Assembly (NCBI GenBank): GCA_001949185.1 | Contig: BDGG01000005.1 | Span: forward strand, 1,353,249 to 1,417,248 | Reading direction: 5' to 3' | DNA: 64,000 nt | Source of the DNA: Ramazzottius varieornatus | Taxonomy: Eukaryota; Animalia; Tardigrada | In this document: positions 51,587 through 64,000 of the stretch, one piece after another | How positions within the stretch are numbered: the first letter of the stretch is position 1 | Layout of the letters: every line of letters starts with the position of its first letter | Notes under the pieces: model-generated | What the model was told of the DNA's origin: nothing | Databases searched by the model: none | The model's input: the letters and a program-made list of their open reading frames with translations, nothing else | Program-made: the position numbers and the translations under genes

Positions 51587-52703
51587 CAGATTTCATGTTA
51601 GAAAATCTATTAGATCTATTCACACCTTCTTTCTTGCTGGGGCATGTTGTTGCGATATGGCCCTTCTCGCTGCATATATGGCAAGTAGCGGTGCGAATCC
51701 ACTCAGAGTATGGACCTCGAGCAACGGTGCTGATAACTGTGGTGGTGGTAGCAGTTGGCTTGAAATTGTTTTTAACGGCCTTAACGATATCACGGTCCTC
51801 GTGGTACCACCCGGTTATATCAGAATCCGGCAATGCCATCTTTTGACGGAAACGTTGGTCATATTCCAACCAAAAGCGCACGTCAGGCTTTCGTGAAGCC
51901 AACCCCCGGATAATGCCACTATAGGCAAGGAAAGGTATAGCCATATCGGGGTAATAGTAGCTCCGATAGAGAGAGAAAGTCAAAAACGCATCTTGCCAGG
52001 AGGGCAAGTCAACGATCACCAAGTGTCCTGTACTAGGGTCACCGGGTTGTTTGCGCTTGGTGTTATTAGGCACATATCTATCGGTAACCAGATCCCGGAA
52101 GACCACGTAGGCTGATTTTTGTCGAAGCAACTTGTCAACAGTAGGAGTGACTGGGGGGAAGTTGAAATGAGTAGAAGGAGGTGGCTCTTTTGAAACGACA
52201 CTGTAGACAACTGGGGTAGGTGAGGAAGGTATTTGATTACCGTACTGCGGTAGAGGCGAAGGAGCCCGGGAGACTGAGTACGTTGGGGAGGAGCATACCT
52301 GACGATGGAGTGACTCGTTTGTAGCTTCCAGCTGCTTGACATGACGAAGGATGGCGGCAATCTCTTCTGGTGTCGGGTAGGTGGCGTTGGTAGGCAACCA
52401 CGGATCCCTTCCATTTCGGCCTGCTTGTTCGCCTTGTAATCTTTCACCGGAAGAATGTCCCATGTGACCCATCAAGACGTCGTGTCCACCAGGTCCCAAC
52501 ATACGCGCTCCCTTCGTATTCCATTCTTCTTTCCTGTCTTCCTGATCTATCCGACACGCGAAGTAATTCCGGACCAGTTCCCTGTCTTTCCAGTCTTCCA
52601 GATACACTTTCCAGTCTTCTGGATCCATTCCCCAGACGGCTTGGGCTTTCCTGTCGGTCTTCTCGTCCGGGTTCTGCGAACAGCTCCAAGGCCCGATCCA
52701 CAC
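51417..52703 (-). CDS. Gag-like protein of the DIRS/Ngaro element
   Basis: 428-aa ORF with a CCHC knuckle and a further Cys/His cluster. The true N-terminus is probably in frame 52444-52896. Confidence 0.8.
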   Translation of the reverse strand: MWIGPWSCSQNPDEKTDRKAQAVWGMDPEDWKVYLEDWKDRELVRNYFACRIDQEDRKEEWNTKGARMLGPGGHDVLMGHMGHSSGERLQGEQAGRNGRDPWLPTNATYPTPEEIAAILRHVKQLEATNESLHRQVCSSPTYSVSRAPSPLPQYGNQIPSSPTPVVYSVVSKEPPPSTHFNFPPVTPTVDKLLRQKSAYVVFRDLVTDRYVPNNTKRKQPGDPSTGHLVIVDLPSWQDAFLTFSLYRSYYYPDMAIPFLAYSGIIRGLASRKPDVRFWLEYDQRFRQKMALPDSDITGWYHEDRDIVKAVKNNFKPTATTTTVISTVARGPYSEWIRTATCHICSEKGHIATTCPSKKEGVNRSNRFSNMKSDGSNSNSDGNRPEAVVLACSRFNEPGGCAEPCYQNYAHKCSQCIKPGHTKLTHRHA

Positions 52704-53337
52704 TGACTGCGCGACGAACTTCTTTCAACGCCGAGCGAAGGCGTTTGGCGAGAGGCACCTCTGGTAACGTGGTAAGAACTTGACCATCATCTGGCCCAGC
52801 TGGGTATTTGGTACCGTAACGGTGTCGTCCACCAGGGCTATCGCTGGCTACCGGAGGCATAGCCCCGTGTAGGCTCTGAGGTCGCGAATTCGCCATCGAG
52901 AAGACTTGAAAAAGCTGAGAAAAAAGCTGATGTGCTCACTTCGTGAAACAGTGACTGACTCCAGCTATAAATTTAGACTGTAAGCTACTCAGGATCCACA
53001 TGGCAACCTAATCAGATTACTATTCTGTAATGAGGGAAATGCCGAAATGGCGTCAACGGCAGTGTAACATCTTTCGGCGTTAACTCTCTGAATGCTGGTT
53101 GCCGAGATCTCGCTGTGGCTACTTGACAGTCGTTTTTCTGCGGCGGCCACTCCACTACTGAGTCCTCGTGGTGGTTGCGGTTATCAACACGTGTGGCTTC
53201 CTTCATGTGGACATATCCACGGTTCTGGCAAACGGAACGGCAAGAAACAGCTGCTGTCACAGAAGCATGTGCTCGATCTTCGTTGGTGCGGCGCACATCA
53301 CATTATGTTTAACGAGCGCGCAATTGTTTTTGTGGTA

Positions 53338-53482
53338 CTGTAAATATTCGCGGTGTCCGCGCAGTACGTCATCGTACAAGTGAAGTACAGCCCCAGTCAG
53401 TTTTCACGGAGTGCGCAACCCCCCACGGGGGTGCATCGTTACGTACGAGTGCGTACTTCGCGGATGCAGCGAATATTTACAG
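53338..53482. mobile_element. 145-bp TA-target MITE (copy 2)
   Basis: Same length and TIRs as 12454-12598, TA-flanked. Confidence 0.9.
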
Positions 53483-53779
53483 TATTGCGCGGAATCATTC
53501 AGTCCAACGGCACGATATTACGGCTGAAACGTGCCGACGTGGTGCGCTCTGCATTCCAGAAACAAAACTGCAGGTTATACCTGTTCTGAAGTAAGCGACA
53601 ACCGCACCGAAGGGGGTGACAATTGCACGGAAAGGCAAAATATGGGTGATCCGGCTACGTGTTTTCAACTCTCTGCCAGAACGGCAAAAGAGCAACGGCA
53701 AGCAACCATACTTCACTTCGTTGCCCCAAACTCACCTGCAACCGTATCTGGACGAGACTACAGGGAACAGACCTGGCAA

Positions 53780-53945
53780 TAGTGTGATTTCAGCACACCA
53801 CACCGAAAAAAACCACACTTTTTGGTTCCGGTATGCTGAAAACACCAAACTGAAGAAAGTAGTGTCTGTTTCACACCGAATTTTAGGTTTCGGTGGCCGA
53901 GGACACTACATCACACCCAACCGAAAACCTTTTGGTGCATCACTT
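53780..53945. repeat. Short element with CACACC/ACCGAAA motifs, probable hAT-type MITE; related sequence at ~59925-60075
   Basis: Repeated CACACC.ACCGAAA motifs at both sites. TSD not resolved. Confidence 0.4.
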
Positions 53946-56900
53946 CATAGAATGACCTTGGGCTAACGCGAATCATGGTGCGCTCTACCGGCCAAACTCG
54001 CAGGATAACCTGCAGGACGAGTAGAATCAAGCAGTCTGACGTTAGATTTAGTTTCGGGGTGTGCATTAGAATCATTCCGTTTCTATCTGGTACTACATCT
54101 TTGTTCACAATTGCGACGCGCGCGGCACACCCCCACCTGAGTTTGCCTTCATGTTTTCAGTGCCATTGCATAAGCTGAATAACCGGGTGTGTGTACTGTC
54201 TTCCTGGATAGATCAGGGGTCCGAGGTCCCCCGGTTCTGCCGTAGGAACAATCACTGTGTTTGGAGAACGATGTGAATTTGCGGAATAAGTGCCATCAAG
54301 CGAGCTAAGATCATTGTGGGAAATCATAATTATATGACAGATTTGTTCGTGATGATTTTCGTTATTTGACACTAGACAACATCCGCAAAACGCAACCTAG
54401 GTACTGCGTATGAGCTCAGTTTGCGCACCGGGTCAAAACCAAGCGCACCAGGTCAAGCGCACCGGGTCTTGACCGGGACATGCGAAACGAGCTGCGTACC
54501 ACATAGTTTCGTTCCACGTACCGTGAATGGTGCGTTTTGTGCCGCTGCGGTGCATTGATTCAAAATCTGAAGAGCTAACAGTGCGTCAGCATGGCGTAAG
54601 ATGTGCCACGTTGGATCGGCCATAATTAAAATAATCAAAATTTCTGCTGCCAACACAAGTAAAATTGATACAGAATAGAAAATTTTACGAGAGCCGTTTC
54701 CTGCAATTAAAATTATAAAATTTGGTAGAATTTCAATGTATATGATAGGAATTAAAATTCCAGAAGTCATACTGTATTTTTTCGATATTTTCTCGCAGCA
54801 CGTGACTTAGTACGTCAAAAACACCCCGATACTACGACAGCTTTGATCTTCACAGATCAATAATCAACTGAGATTGATACAAATTTCACTAGAAATCAAG
54901 TAAACTCTACGCCTCCGTGAAAGAATCCTCCACCGAGCTGAAGCTGCAGTCGAAAGTATCGTCCAGATTATGTACTTCAGAAGCTTCTTCAGGATTAGCT
55001 ATCATGTAAAGAGGCTCTGGTACAATCTGTGGGCCAACGAAAGAATTTTCATCCGTAGTAACTTTCACCTTTTCCCAGGCACCGGAAACAAAATCGATAA
55101 AGTCTTGCCTTAGTCTTGATTACTGTACGTAGAACTGTACAACGGTACCATCTTCATAAATCAAATCAATCAACTGTATCCTGCTGATTGTGTACGGGCT
55201 TTTAACACTGGCCCTATGACGTGATGCGCGAGAATATCGAAAAAATACAGTAGTAAAATAACACTGCATTTGTGTATGGTGGGTAAACAGAAATGAGCAA
55301 CTCATCACAGAACAAAATTTTTCGAATATGTAACAAGCAGTGCACCTGCGCGAAAACGTTGTATTCCTGCAAGGCGTTACTCACAATCTTTTCGGGCAAG
55401 GTTTTACGGCCCATATAAATGCTTGCTTAATAGAGGATGAATGCAGAAATATCGAACTGTTTCCTGAAGAAAGCAACCTTGAAATGTTATTCTTGGAATA
55501 TCATTTCTTGCATGTTGCGAGATATTCTTCATATAAACGGTCGGAAATACGGAGATTTCACCGTAATCGTCTTCCCCATCGTTTCAACAACTCTCAGCAA
55601 ATATGCGACTGTGCGTACTATTTATCGTTGTGTGGACCTGTTACGGCGCAAACCGACTGTACGATATTGCCGATTATGTGACCAACGACTGCAACACTGT
55701 GGATCCTCATGTGCTCAAGTACCTGCTCCATCGAGATCAAGACCACCCCACAGGACTGGAAGAATTTATACGGGAATGGCGCGAAGCGGGTGAGAAACCT
55801 CCTAAGCGTTTCCGTAAGTCTGTGGAGCGTCGATACTCCAGGACCACGAATGTCAAGAAAAAAGTTCGGCTTGCTGTCGTTAGTGCGCGCTGGGTTTTGT
55901 AATTGGTTTATTGATGAGTAAAAAAGTTGGTGAATTTGTGAAATTTCCGATCACCAAGTTTTATGAAGCTCCCGAAAACGCGGTCAGGCATTCTGGTCTT
56001 CATTGTCATATTCAGCCAAAGCAAATGCCCTTACGTTCAAAGAGACCAACATGTTACCGCTAAATTTCAAGAAAAGCTACAAGGTTTCCGTTCTGATTTC
56101 ATCATCAGAAATTGTTGAGCTTCTGGCCAGACAAAGAATTGCTTTCCGCGGCACCAGATGCAAGTTCACTAGCAAGGAGATGACAATCAGAACTGGTCAC
56201 GAGTTATTTAATGTTGATGACTGGAGATTCAGCAATTTCGGTTTGATGTACTTGTTTCGAATGGACTCGACCTGGGTCTTCTGAATAGCATCAAACAGGA
56301 GCCGTCTAAAACTCGTTAGTATTCTCCCGAAGTACAAAAAAAGCTTATTGCTCTTCAAGGCAGCTAAATTCTTATTGAGATAAATATTTAAACCTGGAGC
56401 AGCCTATGCAGTTGAAATTCAACCACGTCCATGCGTAAAGTGTGACCAGTACGAGTGTCCGGAGCAGGAAGAAGAAACTCGCCATCAATCAATCAAGATT
56501 ATCAGACAGTTTGTAGAGCTTCTGATCTGTAAGAACAATGACCGAATGAGCATATCCATCAATCTGCCCAACGGTCAGTTATCCACCATTAAAATTGACA
56601 AAAAGTGGGTTTTTGGGTTTATCTCGGTAGCCGTTGGACGAAAATATTCGACGCAAGGGGACAAATAAGTACTTTTTCGAGTATCCATTCGGTGGGCAGC
56701 TTCCAGAGGCAGCGATTGGATTCAGAAGGGCACTTTAAACAAACGTATTCCGGTATTAGTGCAGTTTTATGGCACCATAGTAATTCACCAAACAAATTAA
56801 ATTAATTGTATGTTTCAGTATGAAGACCGTCCCACAACCGAAAGTTTGATCCATCCGATACAGGCCACTACGGCCCTGCGTTTCAGTGCGCCACTAGATC

Positions 56901-57659
56901 GGAGAAGCGAGCGCTTCGTCGTCACTACAGAATTCCCCTTCGAGTACTTCGGATCCAGCGGTAATTCATGCCGATGGCGCTTGGAACTCGTTTCCTCATC
57001 AATCAGACTGGCAAACCAATGTTGTTCCGACCAATCTTCAAACCAATGTTGTTCCGACATGGCTTTTTCAGTTTCGATTTCAATTACGATTGACTGGAAT
57101 CTCTAGCGCAGCAGCAATCTAATCCACTTGTAGTTCGTCCTGGTTGGGTTACGAATCAATCACGAATGATTCATATACGACTCTCGATAGTACGGACAAA
57201 CGCGCAAAGGGCGGAAAATGTTACGAGGTAGACGGCATGGGGATTAGAAGTCGGAAATTCCGGCGTAGTGATTGAAAGTCTCAATTTTGGCTTTCCCTGC
57301 GTCAAACTTTTCTTTCTTGGTATCCAAATTAAGAAATCCCTGTTCCCATTCTCTACAAACCTTTAGACGGCAAAACAGGAGTCAAACTGGTCAGATGTGA
57401 GCCTTGAAAGGGAGAGGGGTGTCGAGCAATGTTAAACAGCATATGAGGTGTACTAAGATCAAACAATTACGGAAGAACTGACTGGGAGCGTGAATCTGTC
57501 ATTCCGAAAAAGAGCTACAAATTTTGCCCGAAACGAATTTTCCCGGCATTATTAATTTTTGACTGCTTTTGACTTGCAGCGATATGTCTTCTCCATCGGA
57601 AGCACTGATGCCTTTATCTGAAGACAATAATCTACACTCAAAAAACGAGGATCCAGCGA

Positions 57660-58850
57660 TACAAAAGTAACAAACAAATACTACACAGAAATTCCCTTCT
57701 TGACGTTTAGAACATAAAACACTTCATCCAAGCCTTTCGTATCGCTGACAGTACTGTGAACAGAATAACAATTACCGCGAAGGATATCTATCGATATTCG
57801 CTGCCAGACGAGCTCCTTACCGTTTTTCCATGAGACTTGTGTCATGCCGTCTGGTCGTCTCTTGTCTTTCCTGAAGATCCCTGGTGGTTCAAGGATGGCA
57901 GGAACCTGGGCCGATGTCAAGGCACGTTTGAGCGACTCGTTCAACGAGCTGTGTCGGCTATGACGACCACCACTAAACTTGCAGCTCAAACCGTCCTGAC
58001 CGTATTCATCCACGTTGGTACCAGAGCGACAGATATGCGGACGACACAGCTTGGCACCCAAACGTAGACCAACGCTTATCCGAGGGCGTTGTTCTCGAGC
58101 AGATTACCCAATGAAGCGGGAGGTAGCGCGTGGAGCCAAGAGCCTGCGTTCTTGTCTGAAACGGCAAGCAGTCTCGCTTTATGGTTGTCCGGAGCGGTAC
58201 TTACCAGGCCGGCATGGACCTTTGAGAACAGGCATGTCTCAGGTTTTCTGTTGACGGCGTAGGTCTCGGCAAGGAGGCTCGGCAGTGGTCAGAAGACCCC
58301 ACTTGGAAACGGCGAGGTTTGCTTCGCTGTCCACGTCTGCGTCAGGCAAGATGTCGAGTACCAGTTGATGTACAGAGTGGATCGATGCCAAGAAGGCAGG
58401 AAGCGCGACCTCCTCTGTAGGACGGATACCTGATCACCCTCGACCGACTGGCAGCGTTGCTTGTCGCCATGGACCGGAAGTCATTTCGACGTTGCAGATC
58501 TCCGAGAGGCTAAGACGAACCACCTCATCGAACTCTTGTAGCACCCAACGCACCTTCCAGACAGGAGAGCAGCGAAGGATGTGCAGCAACTTCGGCAGGC
58601 ACAGGCAGTTCTTGAGCAGGAAGAGGGCCTGGTGAGCGAACAACAAGTTGAGGTTAGAGTGGACCATCGTGATCTTACTGGTTTTCGCTCGGATAGCTTC
58701 TTCCAGACCCTCTTCCAGTAGCGTGCACCTAAAAGGTCTAGGTCACTCCTGGACGGAAACAGGATGCCGAGGCAGGCAGCAGCTGCTTCTTGTTCGCTAG
58801 CTAGAAGCTCCTGAAGCGAACCGCCGAAAGCAAACAACTCACACTTGGAA
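57660..58850 (-). mobile_element. Second CRE-like LINE copy, 5'-truncated and internally deleted
   Basis: PSKCELF, LFAHQALFLLKNCLCLPKLLHILRCS, QATLPVGRG, CRPHIC..GRHSRHSSLNE..RPDGMT and QRISIDILRGN parallel the copy at 8140-9500. Confidence 0.88.
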
Positions 58851-59069
58851 GGGATAATGAATGCGTATGTTGACTCAACCTTTGTCTGAAGCAACAATCG
58901 TTTGACTCGAACCACCTTAAAACAGTACCAAATTTCTACTCCAAAGCTTTCCTTCCAGTATACCACCGAATCACGAAGAACGGATACCGCGGATTTTGCG
59001 CTGTTTTGTGACTAGAATTTCCATCAGCCAAAAACCTCTCTAACAGGAGGTCACGTGTGCTTAGCCACA

Positions 59070-59580
59070 CTTTTTCCGCTTATTCTGCGTGCTTCGACGT
59101 CATAACTTTCACGGCAACGGTTGGCTCGCTTGTTCCGCCTTTTCCGCCTGTCGAATAGTCAAAATGTGCTATACCAGACAGATGTAAAACGACGCTTATT
59201 CTGCCTCTTCCTCATACTACTGTATATCAACGAAGTCGCAGAGATTGCAAACTGCACAAGTTACTATTCTGCTTGACCCGCTTGCTCCGCTGATCAGATT
59301 TTGCTTATTCCGCTTGTTTTGCTTATTCCGCTTGTTTTGCTTGTGAGATTTACAAAAAAGCAACAGTTCGCGAATGAGATCATCTAACTTGCCACTACTT
59401 TGCTTATTCCGCTTGTTCCGCGTACAAGATTTACAAAGTCCAGAGGTCTGCAAACCAGATCAAAACTTCATAGAACACTACTCCACTTATTCCGCATATT
59501 TCGTTTATCAGATTCTGAATTCGGAAGAACAAAGACTTCGAAAACCTAACTGAAGCCTTTAGATTTGCTTATTCCGCGTG
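59070..59580. repeat. Cluster of (GC)TTATTCCGC motifs including a 20-bp tandem duplication
   Basis: TTTTGCTTATTCCGCTTG tandem at ~59298-59345. Further TTATTC(C/T)GC copies at ~59080, 59196, 59404, 59487 and 59569. Confidence 0.6.
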
Positions 59581-60776
59581 TGCAATTCACAAAAACCAAA
59601 AGTTTGCGGACGAGATAGAAACTTCCGAGACTATGATTCTGCCTGTTCCAATAATCACATTCCGACAGAGCAAAAGCTTCCATAACGACACTAGAGCTGT
59701 GGAACTTATATTACTTCTTCTCTTCGATCGTTTTTCCACTATTTGCAGCTACAAGTATTTGAGAAATTCTCTAGGTCCGAAAGCCATTTTCCGCAAACAG
59801 AAACTCGACCCCCTCAGACAGAAACTCGACCCTTGGTACAATAAAATCAGGTGGCGCGCGCACAGCCACGAGCATCTTTGTTATGCAAAATTTGGATTCC
59901 TAGCGATCAACATATACAGATTTCGTTTTTTCGGTTTGGTGTGGTGAGGTGCACCGAAAGAGTGGTGTCCTATTCACACCACACTGGAAAAAGGGGTGTG
60001 GCTTTTGCACCGAAAAAGTAGTTTTAGTGTGGAAGAACACCAAACCGAAAAACAACATACTACACTTAATCACACTTTTGCCACGTCTAACAGGGAGGCA
60101 CCACGAACGAGCGACTGGTTCTTTCATATGGGGGACTGAAATGACGCTTCGGACGTCATGCTTTTCTCTACAAGATATAAACTATGAGACAAAAAAGTTG
60201 CGTGAAGGGCGCGGGTCGGCGCGGGGTCCGAAAGACTTCAGTGACCGCGATTGTTGCGGGCAGAGGACCAGGGTTGGCATTTTCGCGTTTGCCACCTCCC
60301 TCGCTGTAAGAGCTCAAAGTAAGCTGGATAAGAATCCTTCTTGGGATGTGCTGAGCTCAGTTGTTTTTGAAAATTCAAAAGATATTGTTGGCACACGTTT
60401 CGAAGGACACGCTGCCGGACTGCGTTAAAATAAATTGTGAATTTCTGATTTTTGTCCGATTGGCCGAGCAACCATGGACGTCACATCCGTGTTATCTTTT
60501 CTAAACGGATTTTGGAATCCGTCGGGAATCGGTGTGCTGGAAATAGGTTACCTGTTCCGTTGCGCCAGGGACTCTGGTACAAAGTTATCGGGTCTCTTTA
60601 TCAGGCCAACAAAATTCTCTTCTTGATGGGCACACAACGGAAATATAGTGTAAAACTGCATCCCTGCACGGTCTTCCACCTGGGTGAAACTGGGATCTGA
60701 AAATTGGTATCTCCAGCAAGAAGTAGAAAAATAAAATCGAATGGAAGACCGTGAGGTGCGCTTTTTTTACACTGTA

Positions 60777-60920
60777 CGAGGAGCTGGACCCAACTTTGTC
60801 CGCTGGCTAAAACTTTGTACACTATGTCGCGCCCACATCACAAGCCTAAATGCCCAAGACTAGCTCGTGACGTAGTATACAAAGTTTAAGACGGCGGACA
60901 AACTTAGGTCCAGCTCCTCG
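60777..60920. mobile_element. 144-bp mariner-type MITE
   Basis: TA-flanked ~50-bp TIRs CGAGGAGCTGGACC.AA.TTTGTCCGC / GCGGACAAACTTAGGTCCAGCTCCTCG. Confidence 0.88.
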
Positions 60921-61365
60921 TACTAAGTACGATATGATCGTGACGGCACCGGTTTCCCTTTGATGAAGAACTGTTGCCGTTACGAAGCAGTGTAACTCAG
61001 CAACGTGACCGCGCTCGTTATAAAAGCAAATACGGCATCACTCACGTCTGTAATAGTTAAATACTCAAAATTCTAACCGTATGTTCGATGTACTCCATCT
61101 TAGCAGAACTGGCGAATGTAGTAAAAATTGTGCAACTTTCTGGATCAGATTAGCTTCGTGTACCAGGCCGGATGGGATTTTTGATGCTTTACATTGCGTG
61201 CTTTTGCGCGGTTTGACCGAGGATATTGATTCTGCTGTCATGCTACAGTCTGCGACCGTTGGCAATCTCCGCTTGCTCTTGACGTATATCTGCACGATGA
61301 GCACGGTTATCGGTAAGACTGGCTAAGCAATACGGCTAACGCTGCTCATTTTCGGATTGTTCTCA

Positions 61366-61912
61366 CAAGGGATTACGCTTGTGCTCCACCTCTGAGCCAA
61401 ACACTGGGATGGCAAAAAGATAGAGAAGAGTTTTCTCTACAAACACAGACAGGGCAATTCGGCTTAAAAATAATCATGGACGCCAGTGCGGAGATCGGGA
61501 AGAAGGGCGTACATACCGTACAATCCTGCCGCGGTGACGTAAAGTTCCTCGATCGGAGGTTACTAGTTAATCACAAGACGATCAGCTGATCGGCTGACGC
61601 GTTCTTCCTGCGCCGCATGGCCTGCGTTTGCGCATTACTACAAGCGTGTTAGTGGGTAGTTCGGAACGAAAGCGTCGGAACAGTCAATCAGCTGATCGTC
61701 TTGTGGTTAACTAAAAAGTATCGATCGAAGAACTTTACGTCACCGCGGCAGCATTTGTACGGCATTTGCGTCCTTCTTCCCGATCTCCGCACAGGCGTCC
61801 AGGATTTCTTTTTGAACCGAATTGCCCTATCTGTGTTTGTAGAGAAACTCTTCTCTATTTTTTTATTATCCCAGTTTTGACTCAGAGATGGAGCACAGGC
61901 GTAATTCCCTTG
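61366..61912. mobile_element. 547-bp foldback non-autonomous Tc4/Tc5-like element
   Basis: Arms of about 225 bp. The terminus CAAGGGATTA is shared with the element at 22700. 3-bp TSD TCA in a C-TCA-G context. Confidence 0.9.
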
Positions 61913-62724
61913 TCAGAAGAATGTAGAGAACTGGGTGATAGATTGCATTTTGGCAGTGGTATGTTCTAACTCTTTCCTGCTAACTGTTGGTGCCATGTGT
62001 GGAAGTTTCGCTCTCGTGGTAAAAACTAGACGCACAGATTACATGATTTTCCGAAGGAGATTGCCTTATTTCATGGGTGGTAAACCTAGATTTTCAGTAC
62101 GAACGTTTACCGATGAAAGTGTTCGAGGGTTAGTGGAATGAGGTAAACGGCGTGGAGATTTCTCCGCAGCATTGTTCTGCATACTTGCCTGATCTTAATA
62201 ACCCCGACAGGCTTTTTAAAATTGCGCGACGCCTCCGTCTCGTCCAAGGCTAGTATTTGTCGACCTCTGCTTCGTCCTGTAGAGCTTTGAGGAGGATGTG
62301 AACAAATTTTTACTGATTTAGATCAAGAAAAAGTGCTGTAGGCAGAAAGGTTCGAAACCTAGACCTGGAATATCCACGCTGAATTTTTTGACTTGAAATC
62401 TCCATGCCGACTGACTGAAGAAGATCCTGTAGACCAGATCACACAAAACTCTGCGGATCTGTAATTGTCGGCATGTGACAGTGAAAAAAACGGCGTCAGG
62501 CCTGCGCCAAGCGAAAATCGTGGCAGTGGTATGGACGTATTCCACAGTGTGGGCATGCGAATGCCGTGGTAGGAATGCTCCCAGCACAATGATTTTACAG
62601 CGTCATCCTAATTTATGTATACTGCTATCCATTTATTTTCACTGTCCCTTCTTGTATTCGCCGAATTCCAGTCCGAATTGGTCCAAACTTTGCCCAGAAA
62701 TTCAGAAATATTGTCTAGATGTTC

Positions 62725-62895
62725 TAGAGCTGTTAAAAACCAGACCAGACCACTTGGAAAGTGGTTTATATGGTTCATGTGGTTCGAGCCACCTCAAACC
62801 GTATGGCATCTCAAACCAAACCACTCAAACCGGTTTCGATCATGCGCCAAACCATATAAACCAGTGGTTTATGCGGTATAATATGGTTTGCGGTA
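62725..62895 (+). mobile_element. Terminus of another copy of the 2475-4688 hAT family
   Basis: TAGAGCTGTTAAAAACCAGACCAGACCA matches the reverse complement of the 4661-4688 end. It is followed by AAACC/GGTTT subterminal repeats. Confidence 0.8.
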
Positions 62896-64000
62896 AGGGC
62901 AAACTTCGTACAAAATCTGCGGATTCCGTGCCAGACCTCGAGCCGAAATTGGCCATCTGGCATTGCCAATCCTTTTCCACCCAGTGCCACCTTGCGCAGC
63001 CGCATCGTTCTGATGAGCTATGACTAGTGATGCACAGCTTTAACTGGGTGCGCACTGTGTCTTACGCTGCCCGACTTGAGAACTACGCCTTCCGTCAGGC
63101 AGAAATCACAATTCCGACAGTGCTGAACAGAATTGATGGCGGAGAAAGGATTGTACTACCGCCTTGCTTGCCACGGTGCCTTTACAATTCCGGCACGCGC
63201 CAGTTTTGCCTGTTTGCGTGTGTTCGTAGAGAAACCAGCAACCAGTTTTCAAAAGTTCAAAGCCGTCTTATGAAGAACACTTTAGGCTTCCAAGCCACGT
63301 GAGCGATTAATCGCCACGTCAATGGATCGACCGGCCAGCAAAGGGATTGGTTTGGCTGCTCGACACCCTTGTTACTAGCAAGCGAGAAACCCTATCGGGA
63401 GTTTTGCTATAACTTGCCTGCTCCCCGGACGTTTGAATGCAAAAATTTATCTCTCTAAAGTGAACTGGGATATCTCTTTCATTCTTACTCAGCAATACCG
63501 TATCAACTTTTACTGAATTCCGGTCGAGAGCACTCAGATCTGTCGCAGCTGGGATTCATCAGCAATAAAGATTTCCACGTGACAATTTCGAGAAAGCTTT
63601 GATTCCTAGTGAAAGAATTTCTTATTGTCCAAGCCTACGCTTTCAGATTCGGAAAACATTGCATACGAAAGGCCAGTTTTCCGGTAGTTGCGAAGAAACC
63701 GATCCAAACCTGTCCGCACAGGGGTACCCATCGGTTTAGGGCAACTAGCAGAACCATCGTTGACCGGTTTCGATAGCTCAGGAAGACAAGAAAAACTTAA
63801 AATTGTTAAACTCGCTAAGGTGGCGCAGTGTACAAGTCTGTTTTTCCGGGAAATTTTCGAAAATGTTGTTTGAAAATCGAGCAAGTCGGAATCAAAAGCC
63901 TTCTGGTAGTTACCGAAGCAGACAACATCCAGTCATTCAGAATATCGAATCAGTTCTTTCACCAGATTGCATTGTTTCAGAAAATGAATGGAGAAATAGG

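Larger units (their letters stand above)
49914..52896 (-). mobile_element. DIRS/Ngaro-type retrotransposon: gag (CCHC), RT, RNase H; truncated before the tyrosine recombinase
   Basis: Gag with WLEYDQRFRQ and CHICSEKGHIATTC overlaps the RT ORF (RLIMDLS, KTDLKGAFRLIPV, LPFGCRSSP). After a frameshift come HYIDDF, LFTDASGSIGCGG, LLELLPV, FHSDN. Confidence 0.92.

Noticed and set aside
1-64000. tRNA, rRNA and prokaryotic operon or defence systems
   Set aside because: None recognised by eye. Most short ORFs in the track are antisense or off-frame shadows of transposon sequence.

Overview
Eukaryotic, most likely animal, genomic DNA with short GT-AG introns and a high density of transposons. The organism cannot be established from sequence alone; my low-confidence impression is a tardigrade-like invertebrate. 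Most of the window is nested, decayed mobile elements: pogo, hAT, Tc1/mariner, a Tc4/Tc5-like element, a Mutator-like element (MULE), CRE-like LINEs, DIRS/Ngaro retroelements and many MITEs, most with readable TIRs and TSDs. One clearly intact host gene is present: a two-exon, ~1220 aa homologue of the sperm Ca2+ channel auxiliary subunit CatSper-beta (17817-20711 joined to 28397-29164). The most novel-looking item is a complete 7.5 kb MULE (41605-49148, 9-bp TSD). Besides its MULE/SWIM transposase it carries a second, convergently transcribed spliced gene with a Tudor-knot (chromo-barrel) domain, plus an element-enriched TCGCCGGC motif in its non-coding parts. This may be a transposon-encoded chromatin reader or anti-silencing system. 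All homology calls come from recalled motifs, not database searches.
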